In this document: positions 46,185 through 60,238 of the stretch, one piece after another | How the letters are laid out: each line of letters begins with the position of its first letter | How positions within the stretch are numbered: the first letter of the stretch is position 1 | Program-made: the position numbers and the translations under genes | NCBI GenBank assembly: GCA_000004695.1 | Contig: CM000154.2 | Coordinates: 3,392,001 to 3,456,000 of the forward strand | Source of the DNA: Dictyostelium discoideum | Taxonomy: Eukaryota | DNA: 64,000 bases | Direction of reading: 5' to 3' | Notes under the pieces: model-generated | The model's database searches: none | What the model was told of the DNA's origin: nothing | Seen by the model: the letters and a program-made list of their open reading frames with translations, nothing else

Positions 46185-46242
<58 letters not shown>

Positions 46243-46515
46243 AATATATATTACCATTCCATTGAATAAACTATAATCATATTTTCTTTCACTAAGATTA
46301 TAAATTAAATAATGATCTTTATGTGATGTATTTAATAATTTTGAAACATCATAAATTGAATTTCTATATGCACTTTCTACACCATCTGCAGGAAATGACA
46401 TTGCTATTACACGTTCCGTTATATATGTTAAATCTAAATCATACTCTTCATTTTCATATCTATTTTTATCTGCCGATATAGTTTTTCTAACTGCTTTTAC
46501 AATTGAATTATACAT
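43700..46515 (-). CDS. PTEN-like phosphoinositide 3-phosphatase with a C2-like region and a PH domain, about 904 aa in 2 exons. Possibly the CnrN-type PTEN paralogue.
   Basis: complement(join(43700..46153, 46255..46515)). Exon 1 (MYNSIVKAVRKTISADKNRYENEEYDLDLTYITERVIAMSFPADGVESAYRNSIYDVSKLLNTSHKDHYLIYNLSERKYDYSLFNGM) is the PTEN N-terminus. The donor is ATG|GTAATA (46254) and the acceptor is tataaAG (46154). The 101-nt intron contains a T46 tract and is phase 0. Exon 2 (VLDWCGFPDHHAPPLGLLFKIVMTIYSWLEKDPMNVVVVHCMAGKGRTG...) carries the CX5R P-loop HCxAGKGRTG. Later it has a PH-like module ([33 protein letters not shown]) and an acidic, S/N-rich tail. Confidence 0.8.
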
Positions 46516-46774
46516 GTTATTTTAAATTTTATAATTATTGATATCGATAATTCTTTATTTTTTTTTTTTTTTGATTTTTTTTTTTTTTTTTTTTTTTTTA
46601 TTATGATAAATATACAATTGTTATTATAAATATTATTAATATCTTTTTTTATAATATTAAGTTTTATTTTTGTAAAAAAAAAAAAAAAAAATAATTTAAA
46701 AAAAAACCTTTAACTAAAAGGTCATATGTAATTATATATATATATGTACTATATATTTAAAATAAATGAATAAT

Positions 46775-46806
<32 letters not shown>

Positions 46807-47004
46807 GAGTTTTTTTTTTTTTTTTTTTTTAAAATTTTTTTTGCAAATTTAAAAAAAAAAATTAAAAAAAATAAAAAATCCTATTTTTTCAGCCACTGGA
46901 AATTTTACTTAACGATTTGAAACAATCCATTTTTTTAGTTTTGTTTTTTTTTTATTTTTATTTAATTAATTAATTTTTTATTTAATAAAATAAAATAAAA
47001 TTAA

Positions 47005-47048
<44 letters not shown>

Positions 47049-47088
47049 TTGGTGGGACAAAATACTTGATGGATAAAAAAAAAAAATC

Positions 47089-47134
<46 letters not shown>

Positions 47135-47158
47135 ACCAATTAATTTTTTGAGTAGAAT

Positions 47159-47678
47159 TTAATGATCCAAAATTCTAAGAGTGCCAGAAAGTACTTTATT
47201 TTCTAAAACCACACCATCTGGAATATCAACACGTTCACCATGATTAGCTACAATAATGACTGTACCTTTAAGAGTAATTCTTGAACCAAAGTAAACATCA
47301 CCAGAAACAGTAAGATGATCCAATTCCAATAAATCTGGAATTGATTTAAATCTCTTTTCATAATCTGAAACTGTTGAAAATTCTTCACCCAATTTAACAA
47401 GTGGTACATCTTGACCTTCTCTCTTTGAATTTAATTTAACTTGACCATGATCAAATTGGAAAATATTTGATTGTGCAACCAATAATTGACTTGTTGATTT
47501 AATTGGACGATATCTATCACGTGGTACAAAAATTGCAACTGAATTCTTAAAATTTTGAATACCCATACCTGCTGGTGTTTCTAATTGTACCATTGCTTTA
47601 TGATTTTCAAGCTTTGGAAAATTAAAAATTAAAAATTTAAATAAATAAAAAATTATTAATTAATTAATAAATAAATAA

Positions 47679-47733
<55 letters not shown>

Positions 47734-49095
47734 ACTTACTGGATAATTAACAATCCAATCTAAATCTAATTTATCTTCTTTAATTAAATTTGAAACTGAT
47801 TTCAAATTAACCCAAATATTATTTGTATTCCAAAGTTTAAAATCTTTAAAGATCTTTAATTTCTCTGGTTTAACTTGAGATAATTCCAAAAGATGAAGTT
47901 TATCTTTATATGACATTAAAATACCACCAGTTGAATCAGTATTAATACGATTTGTAACTTCTAAACCAAATTCAATCTTTTGCAAATGAATATGATTTAA
48001 TACCTCTATAATAATAATAAAAATAATAATTTATTTTATTTGTGTTAGTTATTTTTATTTTTATTTATTTTTTTTTCAAATTTTAAAAAAACAACTTACG
48101 AAGATCAATTATTGAACCTAAATTTTCAACATTTGAAATGAAAATATATTCTTTACCAGCAGCTAAAAATTCATCAATCAAACCAGATCTTTGGAGTGAT
48201 CTAAAGATATCACCTGAACCTGGTGGATACCATTCCTTTGGATTCATTGGTGTATTTGGTTTTGGTACTAAATTTAATGTATCTTTATACATCTTTGGGA
48301 ACATTGATTGTTGGAAAGTTTTAATACTAACTTTATGAGTTTTATACTTTTCAATAACCTTATTAGTTTCATTATGAGTTTTATAAGAATTCATAATAAC
48401 CAATGGGACATCAACATTATAATCTTGATTAATTTGCTATATTAAAATTTTAATATAAAAAAAAAAATTAAAAAAAAAAATTAAAAAAAAAAAAAAAAAA
48501 AATTAAAAATGGAAAAAATGGAAAAAAGTGGAAAATAAAAAAATAAATAAATTAATACCAAAAGAAAATATTATTAATAATAATTATTATTATTTTAAAA
48601 AATTTTACTACTTACTTCAATATGAGCAACTGCCATATCTAAAAAAGTAACACCTGGAGCTATTTCCATTGTACTTTTAGCAGTTTTACAACCCATACTA
48701 TTACCAAGACCACCATTTAATTTAATTACAACTAATTTATTTAATAATCTGGAAGCATTTGATTGGTCAATTGGTGAGACTAAATGAAGTTGATGATAAT
48801 CTACCATTTCAGTTTTATTTGGAATTTTAATTTCATCAGTGTAAATTTGATCCTTGTTAATGTATGCATGTCTTTGTTTTTGGAATGCTTTAAGTTCATC
48901 TGGTTTCATACCCAATGCTAATAATGTACTATCTTCAATTGGTGCTGCAAATCTTGCACCATGTTGAAGTGGTGGATATAATTCTTCATCATTCTCTGAA
49001 AATAAATCAACATTTTTAAATAAACTATGTAATGATCCAGTTGATTGTAATTTTGGTCTTTCAACTGTTGCTTTTGATGTTGCTGTATCTGTCAT
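47159..49095 (-). CDS. UTP--glucose-1-phosphate uridylyltransferase (UDP-glucose pyrophosphorylase), 4 exons, about 511 aa.
   Basis: complement(join(47159..47611, 47740..48005, 48100..48436, 48616..49095)). All three donors are GTAAGT, at 48615, 48099 and 47739. The acceptors are atatAG (48437), attatAG (48006) and ccaaAG (47612). The phases are 0, 1 and 0. Motifs: [49 protein letters not shown]...[12 protein letters not shown], and [33 protein letters not shown]...[13 protein letters not shown]. The C-terminal beta-helix has [21 protein letters not shown]. Confidence 0.9.
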
Positions 49096-49522
49096 TTTTT
49101 TTTTTTTTATTTTCTTTTTATAATAATAAATTAATTAGTTAAAATTATTAATATTGTTTTTTTTTTTTTTTTATATATATATGAATATTTTTTATTATAA
49201 TAATTGTGATGGTGATGATGATGATAATGATGATTGGCGGAGTTAAAAAAAAATTAAAAAAAAAATAAAAATAAAAATAAAAAAAAAAAAAAAACTAATA
49301 TAAAAATAATAATACAAGTTTAAAATAAATTAATTATTTGAATACTACTTTTTGTGGTATTTTATATAACAAATGATAAATAAAAAAAAAATGTAATGTG
49401 AGATTTATATAAATTAAATTAAATTTTTTTTATTTTTTTTTGAAAAAAAAAAAAAAAAAAAAATTTAAAATTTTTAATTTTTTTTATATTTTTATTTTTA
49501 TTTTTTATTTATTTTTCAACTA

Positions 49523-49539
49523 CCCCATTTGGGGTGTAG
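49523..49539 (+). promoter_or_regulatory. G-box-like hairpin element CCCCATTTGGGGTGTAG in the UGPase/aminotransferase divergent promoter.
   Basis: It is the only G/C cluster in the 1.1-kb A/T spacer between the start codons at 49095 (-) and 50183 (+). It contains GGGGTGT (a GBF-type G-box) and a CCCC/GGGG inverted repeat. Confidence 0.35.
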
Positions 49540-50182
49540 TTAAAAAAAAAAAAAAAATATAAAAAAAAAATCAGACCAATAAAAAAAATAAAAAATAAAA
49601 AAATATAAATAAAAATGAAAAAATAAAAATAAAAATAGAAAATTTTTTTTTTTTTTTTGATGGTAATTTATTTTACTTACACAAAACAATTCCCAAGTGA
49701 AAAATAAATATAAATCTTTTTTTTTTTTTTTTTTTTTTTAAATTATATTAAAATAATTTTAATATAATTTCAAATAGTATTGAATAATAATAATAATAAT
49801 TATGAATACAAATTATTTTTAATATAATATTATTGAAGATAATATAAGATTATTACAGTAATTTTTCTTTTTTTGTGATGTGCATTAATATTTTCATTTT
49901 TTTTTTTTTTTTTTATTTTTATTTTTAATTAATTTTTAATTTTAATTTTTTTTTTTTTTTTATTTTTTTTTTTTAATTTCCCACTCATAAAAATCTTATT
50001 TCATTTTTTTTTTTTATTTTTGAATTTTATTAATTTTTATTTTTTTAATTACCAAATATATAAAAAAAAAAAAAAACACTGTTTATATTAGGTTTAATAA
50101 TACAAATTAATTAAATATTAAATACTTTAATCTAAAAATAAAAATTTATTTTTTTTAAAAAAATCTAAAAAAAAAAAAAAAA

Positions 50183-51496
50183 ATGGGTTACTCTGATAAA
50201 CATAAATTAAAAACATCCAATTTACAATTACCAGTAAGATTATTATTAGGACCAGGACCATCGAATTTACATCCAAGAGTTAATCAACAATTAATTTCAA
50301 GTATGGTTGGTTATACTGATGCTAGTTATTATAAAGTTATGGATGAAACAATGGAATTAATGAGATACTTATTCCAAACTGATAATCATTTTACAATTCC
50401 AATTTCTGGTGCTGGAACGTATGTATTTATTTATTTTTTATGAGGAAAAAAAAAAAAAAAAACCAAAAATGGATAAAATTTTTAATTATTATTTTTTTTT
50501 TTTTTTAGAGCTGCAATGGAAACTTGTGTTTCAAATTTAATTGAACCAGGTGATAAAGTTGTTTGTTTAGTATCAGGATTCTTTTCAGATAGAATTTATC
50601 AAATGGCAGTAAGATATGGTGGTAATATTTTAAAAGTTGATAAACAATGGGGACAATGGTTTGCATTGGAAGAGATTGAATCAGCATTGGTTCAACATAA
50701 ACCATCATTGTTGACATTAGTATTTGGTGAGACAAGTACTGGTGTTAAACAACAAATGGAAGGTGTTGGTGAATTATGTAAGAAATATAACTGTTTATTG
50801 ATGGTTGATTGTGTGGCTGCATTGGGCGGTGTGCCAGTGTTTGTCGATGATTGGAAAATCGACGCATGTTATACCGGCACTCAAAAATGCTTGAGTGGTC
50901 CACCAGGCATTTCACCACTTACATTCAGTAATGCAGCTTGTCACAAGATTGCCACTAGAAAAACACCCGTTGCCAACTGGTATTTGGATTGCAATTTATT
51001 GGGTGGTTATTGGTGTCCAGAATTCAATTTAGCAGATGGCACAATCGCCAAAGAGGAGAAATCAACAATACCCAAAAGATACCATCACACAACTCCTGCA
51101 AATTTATTGTACTCGTTGAGAGAGGCATTGGTTTTATTGGTGGAGGAGGGTCTTGACAATGTATGGAAACGTCATCAAGACGCTGCCATATTGTTGTATG
51201 CCGGTTTGGAAAGCTTAGGTTTGAAACCATTTGTTCCACAATTAAATGAAGCACCAGAAAAAGGTGGTCGTCTTTTCAGTTTAACCACTGTTAACATCCC
51301 AGATGGTGTCGATGGTAAAATGGTCATGAAATATCTTTTGGATAATTTCAATATTGAAATTGCTGGTGGTATTGGTGCTTTTGCTGGAAAAGTTTGGCGT
51401 ATTGGTTTGATGGGTCAAAATGCTAATCCAGGTAATATTAAATTATTAATTAGTTCATTATCTGATGCACTCAAAGTTAATGGTTTTAATTGTTAA
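50183..51496 (+). CDS. Alanine--glyoxylate / serine--pyruvate aminotransferase (class-V aminotransferase, AGXT-type), 2 exons, about 407 aa.
   Basis: join(50183..50418, 50509..51496). The donor is GGA AC|GTATGT (50419) and the acceptor is ttttttAG (50508). The intron is 90 nt and phase 2, and AC+A gives Thr. The protein matches AGXT along its whole length (LLGPGPSN...; VSGFFSDR; FGETSTGV; [12 protein letters not shown]; [13 protein letters not shown]; KVWRIGLMG). Confidence 0.9.
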
Positions 51497-52194
51497 AAAA
51501 AAAAAAAATAAATAAATAAATAAAAAAAGTGTTAAAAAAAAATAAAAAAAAATAAATAAATCAATTTAAATTTTTTTTCACTCATTGCCTTGGAATGGAT
51601 ATTTTTGAATTTATTTTAATATAACCAAAATTGATATTCTCTAAATATTTAAAAAAAAGAATAAAAAAGGAAAATATGGTTTTGTTTTTTTCACATTTTT
51701 TAATTTTTCAAAAAAAAAAAAATACACGCACGCTCTTGTTTCCCCAAGTTCAAAAAAAAAAAAATAAAAAAAAAAAAAATAAAAAAAAAAAAAAAAAAAA
51801 AATTTTTTAAATTTTTAATTTATATTTGTACATTTTATTTAAAATTTAAATTACCCCTTTTCATAATCTAAGATAAAGAGAGAAAAAGAGAAAGAAAGAG
51901 AGAGAAAGAAATAGGTAGTATTGGAATACTATACCAACATTAATTCATTAATCTCCTCTTTAAAAATATTAAATAACAATAATAATTTCAAATGTTTTTT
52001 TATACATAGTTACCTAATTTTTTTTTTTATATTTTATATTTTATATTTATTTAATATAAATTTATTTTTTAACATAAAATAATTGTAAACAAAAAAAAAA
52101 AAAAAAAAAAAAGAAAATAAAAAATCAAACATCATACAGTTTTTTTCACTAAAGTTCATCATAATCATCAATAAAACACATATTTTATCTTACA

Positions 52195-54235
<2,041 letters not shown>

Positions 54236-54425
54236 TAAAAAAAAAAAAAAAGAAAAAAAAAAAAAAGAAAAAGAAAAGATAAAAAAATAAATAAATTAAA
54301 TAAATAAATAAAATAAATAATTGAATAGATAAATAAAAAAAAAAAAAAATATGATATCATTTTAATATTTTAACAAATGCCAGTCTGTCTAAACTGTATC
54401 ATTTCAATTTTTTTTCAAACTGTTA

Positions 54426-54462
54426 ACCCACACCATCCAAGTGTTAAGTGTGGCAAGTGTGG
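54426..54462 (+). promoter_or_regulatory. G-box / C-box cluster (ACCCACACC ... GTGTGGCAAGTGTGG) about 210 bp upstream of the first FMO-like gene.
   Basis: This GC island lies in a spacer that is otherwise A/T-only. It pairs a CACACC C-box with tandem GTGTGG G-box half-sites of the type bound by Dictyostelium GBF. The ORF-track ORF 54377..54577 that covers it is poly-F junk. Confidence 0.4.
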
Positions 54463-54468
54463 TTGGTC

Positions 54469-54508
<40 letters not shown>

Positions 54509-54670
54509 TTTATTATAATTTTATTTTTTATTTTAATAATACAAAAACATTTTTTTTTTATTTTTAATTCTAATTAGTTGTTTTTTATTTTTTTATTTTT
54601 TAAATTTAATATTATTATTATTTTTTTTTTTTTTTTTCTTTTTTCTTTAAATAATACATAATTATTAAAA

Positions 54671-56375
54671 ATGATAAGCAATAAAAAAGTAGCAGTTATT
54701 GGGGCAGGATTGAGTGGATTATGTTTTTCAAAATATATTAATCAAATTGGGGATTTAGAACCAACAATTTTTGAAAAAACCAATGATATTGGAGGTGCTT
54801 GGTCAAATTCATCAAATAGAAAATCATGGGATAGTTTGAAGTTAAATACAAATCAATTATCAAGTAAGTTTTATTAATTTTTTTTTAATTTTTTATCTTA
54901 TTATAATTATAATTAATAAATTATTAATCCTTTTTTTTTTTTTTTTTTTTTTATTAGTGTCATTTTCAGATTTTCTATTTAAAAATCAATTCCCAAATAA
55001 AGAAGAAATTTTCCCATCAAATAAAACATTTTATGAATATTTAAAAAGTTTTGTTGAAAATTTTGAATTAATAAATTATATAAAATTTAATTCAAATGTT
55101 ATTAAAATTGAAAAGAATGTGGTTGTAGATGAAAATGAAAGTAATTGTAAATGGAAAGTTGTATGGGAATTTAATAATAATAATAACAATAATCAATCAA
55201 TAATTTATTCAGAAATATTTGATTATGTTGTTATTTGTACTGGTGCATTCTCAAAAAGTTCAACAAAGAATGATTTAGAGATTAAATTGAAACAATTTAA
55301 AGGTGATATAATACATAGTGAAAATTATAGAAATCCTGAATTATTAAAAGGAAAGAAAGTGCTTATTGTCGGATCATCATTTTCAGCATGTGAAATTGCA
55401 AATGATGTATGTAAAGAAGTTTCAAAATGTATTCAAATCGGTCATGAAAATTTCTATGCAGTAAATACATTTTTACCAAATGAAGATGGTAAACATATAC
55501 CTTGGGATATGTTATTTTTCACTCGTAAATCAATTTATGAAAAAAATAATAATTATAAAACTGATCAAGAGTTATGGGAAGTTTCAAAGAAAATGTTAAT
55601 ACAAATTTGCCCAAATCAAGATTTATCCAAAAATCCAAATTCTAAAATACCAATTAAAACAACACCTGAAAATCAACCACCAATTGGTTTTACAGTTTCA
55701 AGAAATTATTATGAAAATGTTGAATCTGGTAAAATTATTACATATACAGGTGATAATTATAAAATCCACTCAGTAGATGGTAATTCAATAACATTTTCAA
55801 ATGATAAAGGTGAGGTTAATACTGTTGATAAAATTGATTCAATTATTGTATGTAGTGGATACCAAATAGAGTTCCCATTTTTAGAAAATGATGTTTTGGA
55901 AGATATTTGTTATGATTCAAAAGATCAGTTCTTGCCTATGTGTATTTATGAACATACTTTTCCAAGTAAGTTCAAAAGTATTGCTTTTATTGGTTGTGTT
56001 AAAGGAATATTCTTAACAGAAATTGAAATGTATTGTCGTTGGGTTTCATTAGTATTTTCAGGTAAACTAGAATATCCAAATGATGAAAAATTAAGTCAAG
56101 GTAAAAATGATATTTTAAAATTAAGATCAGTCAGACCTCGTCCACAATTCCCAATTCTTGATTGTGTTTATCATTGTGATAAAATTGCTAAAGAAATTGG
56201 TTGTTTACCTGATTTTGAATCAATTAAAATCAATGATCCTGAATTATATAATAAATTATGGAATGGATTCTTTTGTCAAGCATCATATAATTTAATTGGT
56301 CCTGGTTCAAATCCAACATTAGCAAAAGAAATAATAAATAATTATTATGAAAATTATCAACAATTTAAAAATTAA
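54671..56375 (+). CDS. Flavin-containing monooxygenase (FMO)-like protein, paralogue 1 of 4 in a tandem array. Two exons, about 536 aa.
   Basis: join(54671..54863, 54958..56375). Exon 1 ([22 protein letters not shown]...[13 protein letters not shown]) carries the FAD GxGxxG motif. The donor is TCA A|GTAAGT (54864) and the acceptor is ttattAG (54957); the intron is phase 1 and A+TG gives Met. Exon 2 has the FMO-identifying motif [15 protein letters not shown] (FxGxxxHxxxY) and the NADPH motif [16 protein letters not shown]. Confidence 0.8.
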
Positions 56376-56807
56376 ATAATTTATCAAAAAAAAAAAATAA
56401 ATTCAATTTTTATATATAATAATATATTTGTAATAACAATATGTGATAAAATACCAATTATCTATGAATTTAAAATACTCTCTACTTATAATTATCATCA
56501 TTTATTTAAAAATAATTAAATTAATAAATATTTAATAAGTTAAATATTATTTGTTTATTAAATTATTTTTCTTTTCACAGAATTAAAAAATTTAAATAAT
56601 TAATATTTTAATAAATAAATTATATAAAATTTATAAAACAATAATTTTGAACAATAATTACAAATAAACAAAATTAAAACACAAATAACAAATATTAAAA
56701 ACTGTTACAATAATACATATAATTATTATTTAAATTAACACCACTCTTAAATTATCCTTGGATTCTAACAGAATAAAATATAAAATAAGTTTTTTAAATA
56801 AATAAAA

Positions 56808-56848
<41 letters not shown>

Positions 56849-57114
56849 CTTTAAGATTAAAGTATAAAATAAGAAAAGAAATAAAATAGTTTGAAAAATA
56901 AAATTGGAAGGGGATGAATTGTAATAATTAATAAAAAATATAATGTCATTCTTTAAATTGTATGAAATAAAAAAAAAATATGTGTAAAATTGTGTTTTTT
57001 CAAAAAATTATTAAAGATTGTTAAAAAGTATAAATTTTCAAATTAGAATAAGTATAAAATAAAGAAAAAATAATAAAATAATAATAAAATAATAATATTA
57101 ATAGTAATAATAAT

Positions 57115-57120
<6 letters not shown>

Positions 57121-57196
<76 letters not shown>

Positions 57197-57201
57197 TTAA
57201 T

Positions 57202-57253
<52 letters not shown>
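57121..57253. repeat. (AAT)n intergenic microsatellite of about 40 units, with TA interruptions.
   Basis: Read directly in the spacer between FMO-like genes 1 and 2. Confidence 0.9.
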
Positions 57254-57289
57254 TAGAAATAATAATTTTATTATTATTGTAAAAAGTTT

Positions 57290-57302
57290 GGGGTGAACAC
57301 CC
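57290..57302 (+). promoter_or_regulatory. Palindromic G-box GGGGTGAACACCC about 185 bp upstream of FMO-like gene 2.
   Basis: It is an inverted repeat of GGGTG/CACCC half-sites and the only GC cluster in the spacer. Confidence 0.4.
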
Positions 57303-57476
57303 TAAAAAAAGGTAGGATTATTGTTTTTTTATTTAATTTTTTTTTGGGGAATTTTAAAATTTTTCATTTTAATTTGTTATTTATTTTTTGTATATATTTC
57401 AAATTTATTAAAAATAATAAAAAGAAAAAAGTTTGTACGATTATTGGTAACTATATTTTTTTTAAATTAAAATAAA

Positions 57477-57712
57477 ATGATAAAAAATAAAAAAGTTGCT
57501 ATTATCGGTGCGGGACCTTCTGGATTATGTTTTGCTAAATATATAAACCAAATTGGATATTTAATTCCCACAATTTTTGATAAATCAAATGATTTTGGTG
57601 GTGTTTGGTCAAATTCTACATATAGAAAATCTTGGGATAATTTAAGAACAAACTTTAACCAATTTTCAAGTAATTATATAAAATTTTATTTATAATATTT
57701 TGTTTTATTCTA

Positions 57713-57757
<45 letters not shown>

Positions 57758-59192
57758 TTTTTTTTTTTTTTTTTTTTTTTATTTTAAACAAAAAGCTTCA
57801 TTTTCAGATTTCCCATTTAAAGATAGATTTCCAAGTAAAGGTGAAGTTTTTCCAACTAATCAAGAATTATATGAATATTTTAAATGTTATGTTGAACATT
57901 TTGATTTAATGAAAATTATTAGATTTAATTCTACAATTATTAGTGTTAAAAAATTAAAAGGATCGAGAGAAGATTTTACAAATTGTAAATGGAAAGTTAC
58001 ATGGGTTGAAAATGATAAAACCACATTAACTGAAGTTTTTGATTTTATTGTTGTGGCAAGTGGAATATTCTCTAAAGGTTTTGTATCAAAAGATTTACAA
58101 ATGAAATTAAAAAATTTTAAAGGTAATATTATCCATTCTGAAAATTATAGAAATCCAGACCCGTTAAAAGGAAAGAATGTTGTAGTTTTGGGGTCATCTT
58201 TTTCAGGTTGTGAAATTGCAAATGAAGTTTCAACTGTTACATCAAAATGTTATCAAGTTGGCCATGAAAATTATTATGCAATAAATTCATTTATACCAAA
58301 TGAAAAAGGAGTAGAAGTTCCATGGGAAATGATATTTCATGTTAGAAATTTAAGTTATCAAATTAATCATAACAAATCAATTAAAGAAATTTGGGAAACA
58401 AAAAAAAAGTTTTTATTAGATATTTGTCCAAAACAAGATATCAAAAAGTATCCAAACTCATTATTACCAATTAAAACAACACCAGAAAACCAACCCCCAA
58501 TTGGTATAATTTTTTCAAGAAATTATATTGAAAATGTCGAATCTGGTAAAATTAAAACATTTACAGGTGATAATTATAAAATCCAATCTGTAAATGGTAA
58601 TTCAATAACATTTTCAAATGATAAAGGTGAAATTAATACTGTTGATAATATTGATACTGTTATATTAAGTAGTGGATTTCAAATTGATTTCTCATTCCTA
58701 GATAACGATGTTTTGGAAGATATTTGTTATGAACCTACAGATTCCTTAGTTCCAATGTGTCTTTATGAACATACATTTCCAAGTAAATTTAAAAGTATTG
58801 CTTTTATTGGTTGTTTAAAAGGTGTGTTCCGTTTTGAAGTTGAATTATATTGTCGTTGGGTTTCTTTAGTATTTTCAGGTAAACTAGAATATCCAAATGA
58901 TGAAAAATTAAGTCAAGGTAAAAATGATCTTTTAAAATTAAGATCAATCAGACCTCGTCCACAATTCCCAATTATTGATTGTGTTTATCATTGTGATAAA
59001 ATAGCTAAAGAAATTGGTTGTTTACCTGATTTTGAATCAATTAAAATCAATGATCCTGAATTATATAATAAATTATGGAATGGATTCTTTTGTCAAGCAT
59101 CATATAATTTAATTGGACCTGGTTCGAATCCAACATTAGCAAAAGAAATAATAAATAATTATTATGAAAATTATCAACAATTTAAAAATTAA
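57477..59192 (+). CDS. FMO-like protein, paralogue 2 of 4. Two exons, about 529 aa.
   Basis: join(57477..57669, 57796..59192). The donor is TCA A|GTAATT (57670) and the acceptor is aaaAG (57794-57795); the intron is phase 1 and contains (ATT)n and poly-T. A+CT gives Thr, so the protein reads ...NQFSS|TSFSDFPFKD. This keeps the SFSDF block shared with all four paralogues. The motifs are [15 protein letters not shown] and KNVVVLGSSFSGCEIA. The last ~110 codons are about 97% nucleotide-identical to paralogue 1. Confidence 0.8.
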
Positions 59193-59316
59193 AAAAATAA
59201 ATAAATAAATTATCCTAATATTTTAATTACTTTTGTATCTGTAATTTATCCAATTTATTAAATTATTTTTTTAAACTATTTAAATCATCAAAATTGTCTC
59301 TTTTTTTTAATTTGGT

Positions 59317-59363
<47 letters not shown>

Positions 59364-59457
59364 TAAGCTAAAAAAATAAAAAAGATAATAAAAATTATAA
59401 TGATTATATACATTTATATATATATTTATATATATATTAATATTTTTTTTTAATATT

Positions 59458-59515
59458 GGGTGAAATTAAATTATTAAGTGTAATAATTTCCTAGTGGTGT
59501 GGGTGAAATTAAATT
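59458..59515 (+). promoter_or_regulatory. Direct repeat of GGGTGAAATTAAATT, the second copy preceded by GTGGTGTGGGTG, about 230 bp upstream of FMO-like gene 3. This is a G-box-type element.
   Basis: Two copies of a G-rich 15-mer lie 43 bp apart. GTGTGGGTG is a GBF-type G-box. Confidence 0.35.
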
Positions 59516-59741
59516 CTTGTGTTTAACTTTTTTTATTAACCACCTTAAATCTCGATCTAAATTTATTAATAATAATCATTTCAGAAAAAAAAATTATAAT
59601 AATTAGTTTTTTTTTGTTTTTTTTTATTTTTCTTTAGACCCCCTTTTTTTTTTTTTAAAAAAAAAAAAAATATATTATTTGTTATTTTTTATTTTTATTT
59701 CTCTTTAAACCCCTTTTTTATTTTATTTCTAACTATTTACA

Positions 59742-60179
59742 ATGATAACAAATAATGATAATAAAAATAAAAATAATTTTAAAAAAGTTGCTATAATTGG
59801 ATTTGGACCTGCAGGAATTTGTTCTACAAAGTCAGCAATTGAAAATGGATTAAACCCAACAGTTTTTGAAATGTCGTCAGATTTAGGTGGAGTATGGAGT
59901 AAATCAAATGGAAAGGTTTGGGATAATTTAACAACAAATGTTTCAAGATATACAATGAGTTTTTCTGATTTTTTAAATGAAGAAATAAATGATGAACCAT
60001 ATAATAATGATGAAAATAATATGTATCCTCACCATTCTTCAATTTATAAATATTTAAATAAATATGTTGATCATTTCAATTTAAAGAAATTTGTAAAATT
60101 TAATTCAAAAGTTATAAAAGTAGAAAAGGTTTTTAAAACAAATGATAATTTTAAATTAAATGTAACATATAAATCAACA

Positions 60180-60238
<59 letters not shown>

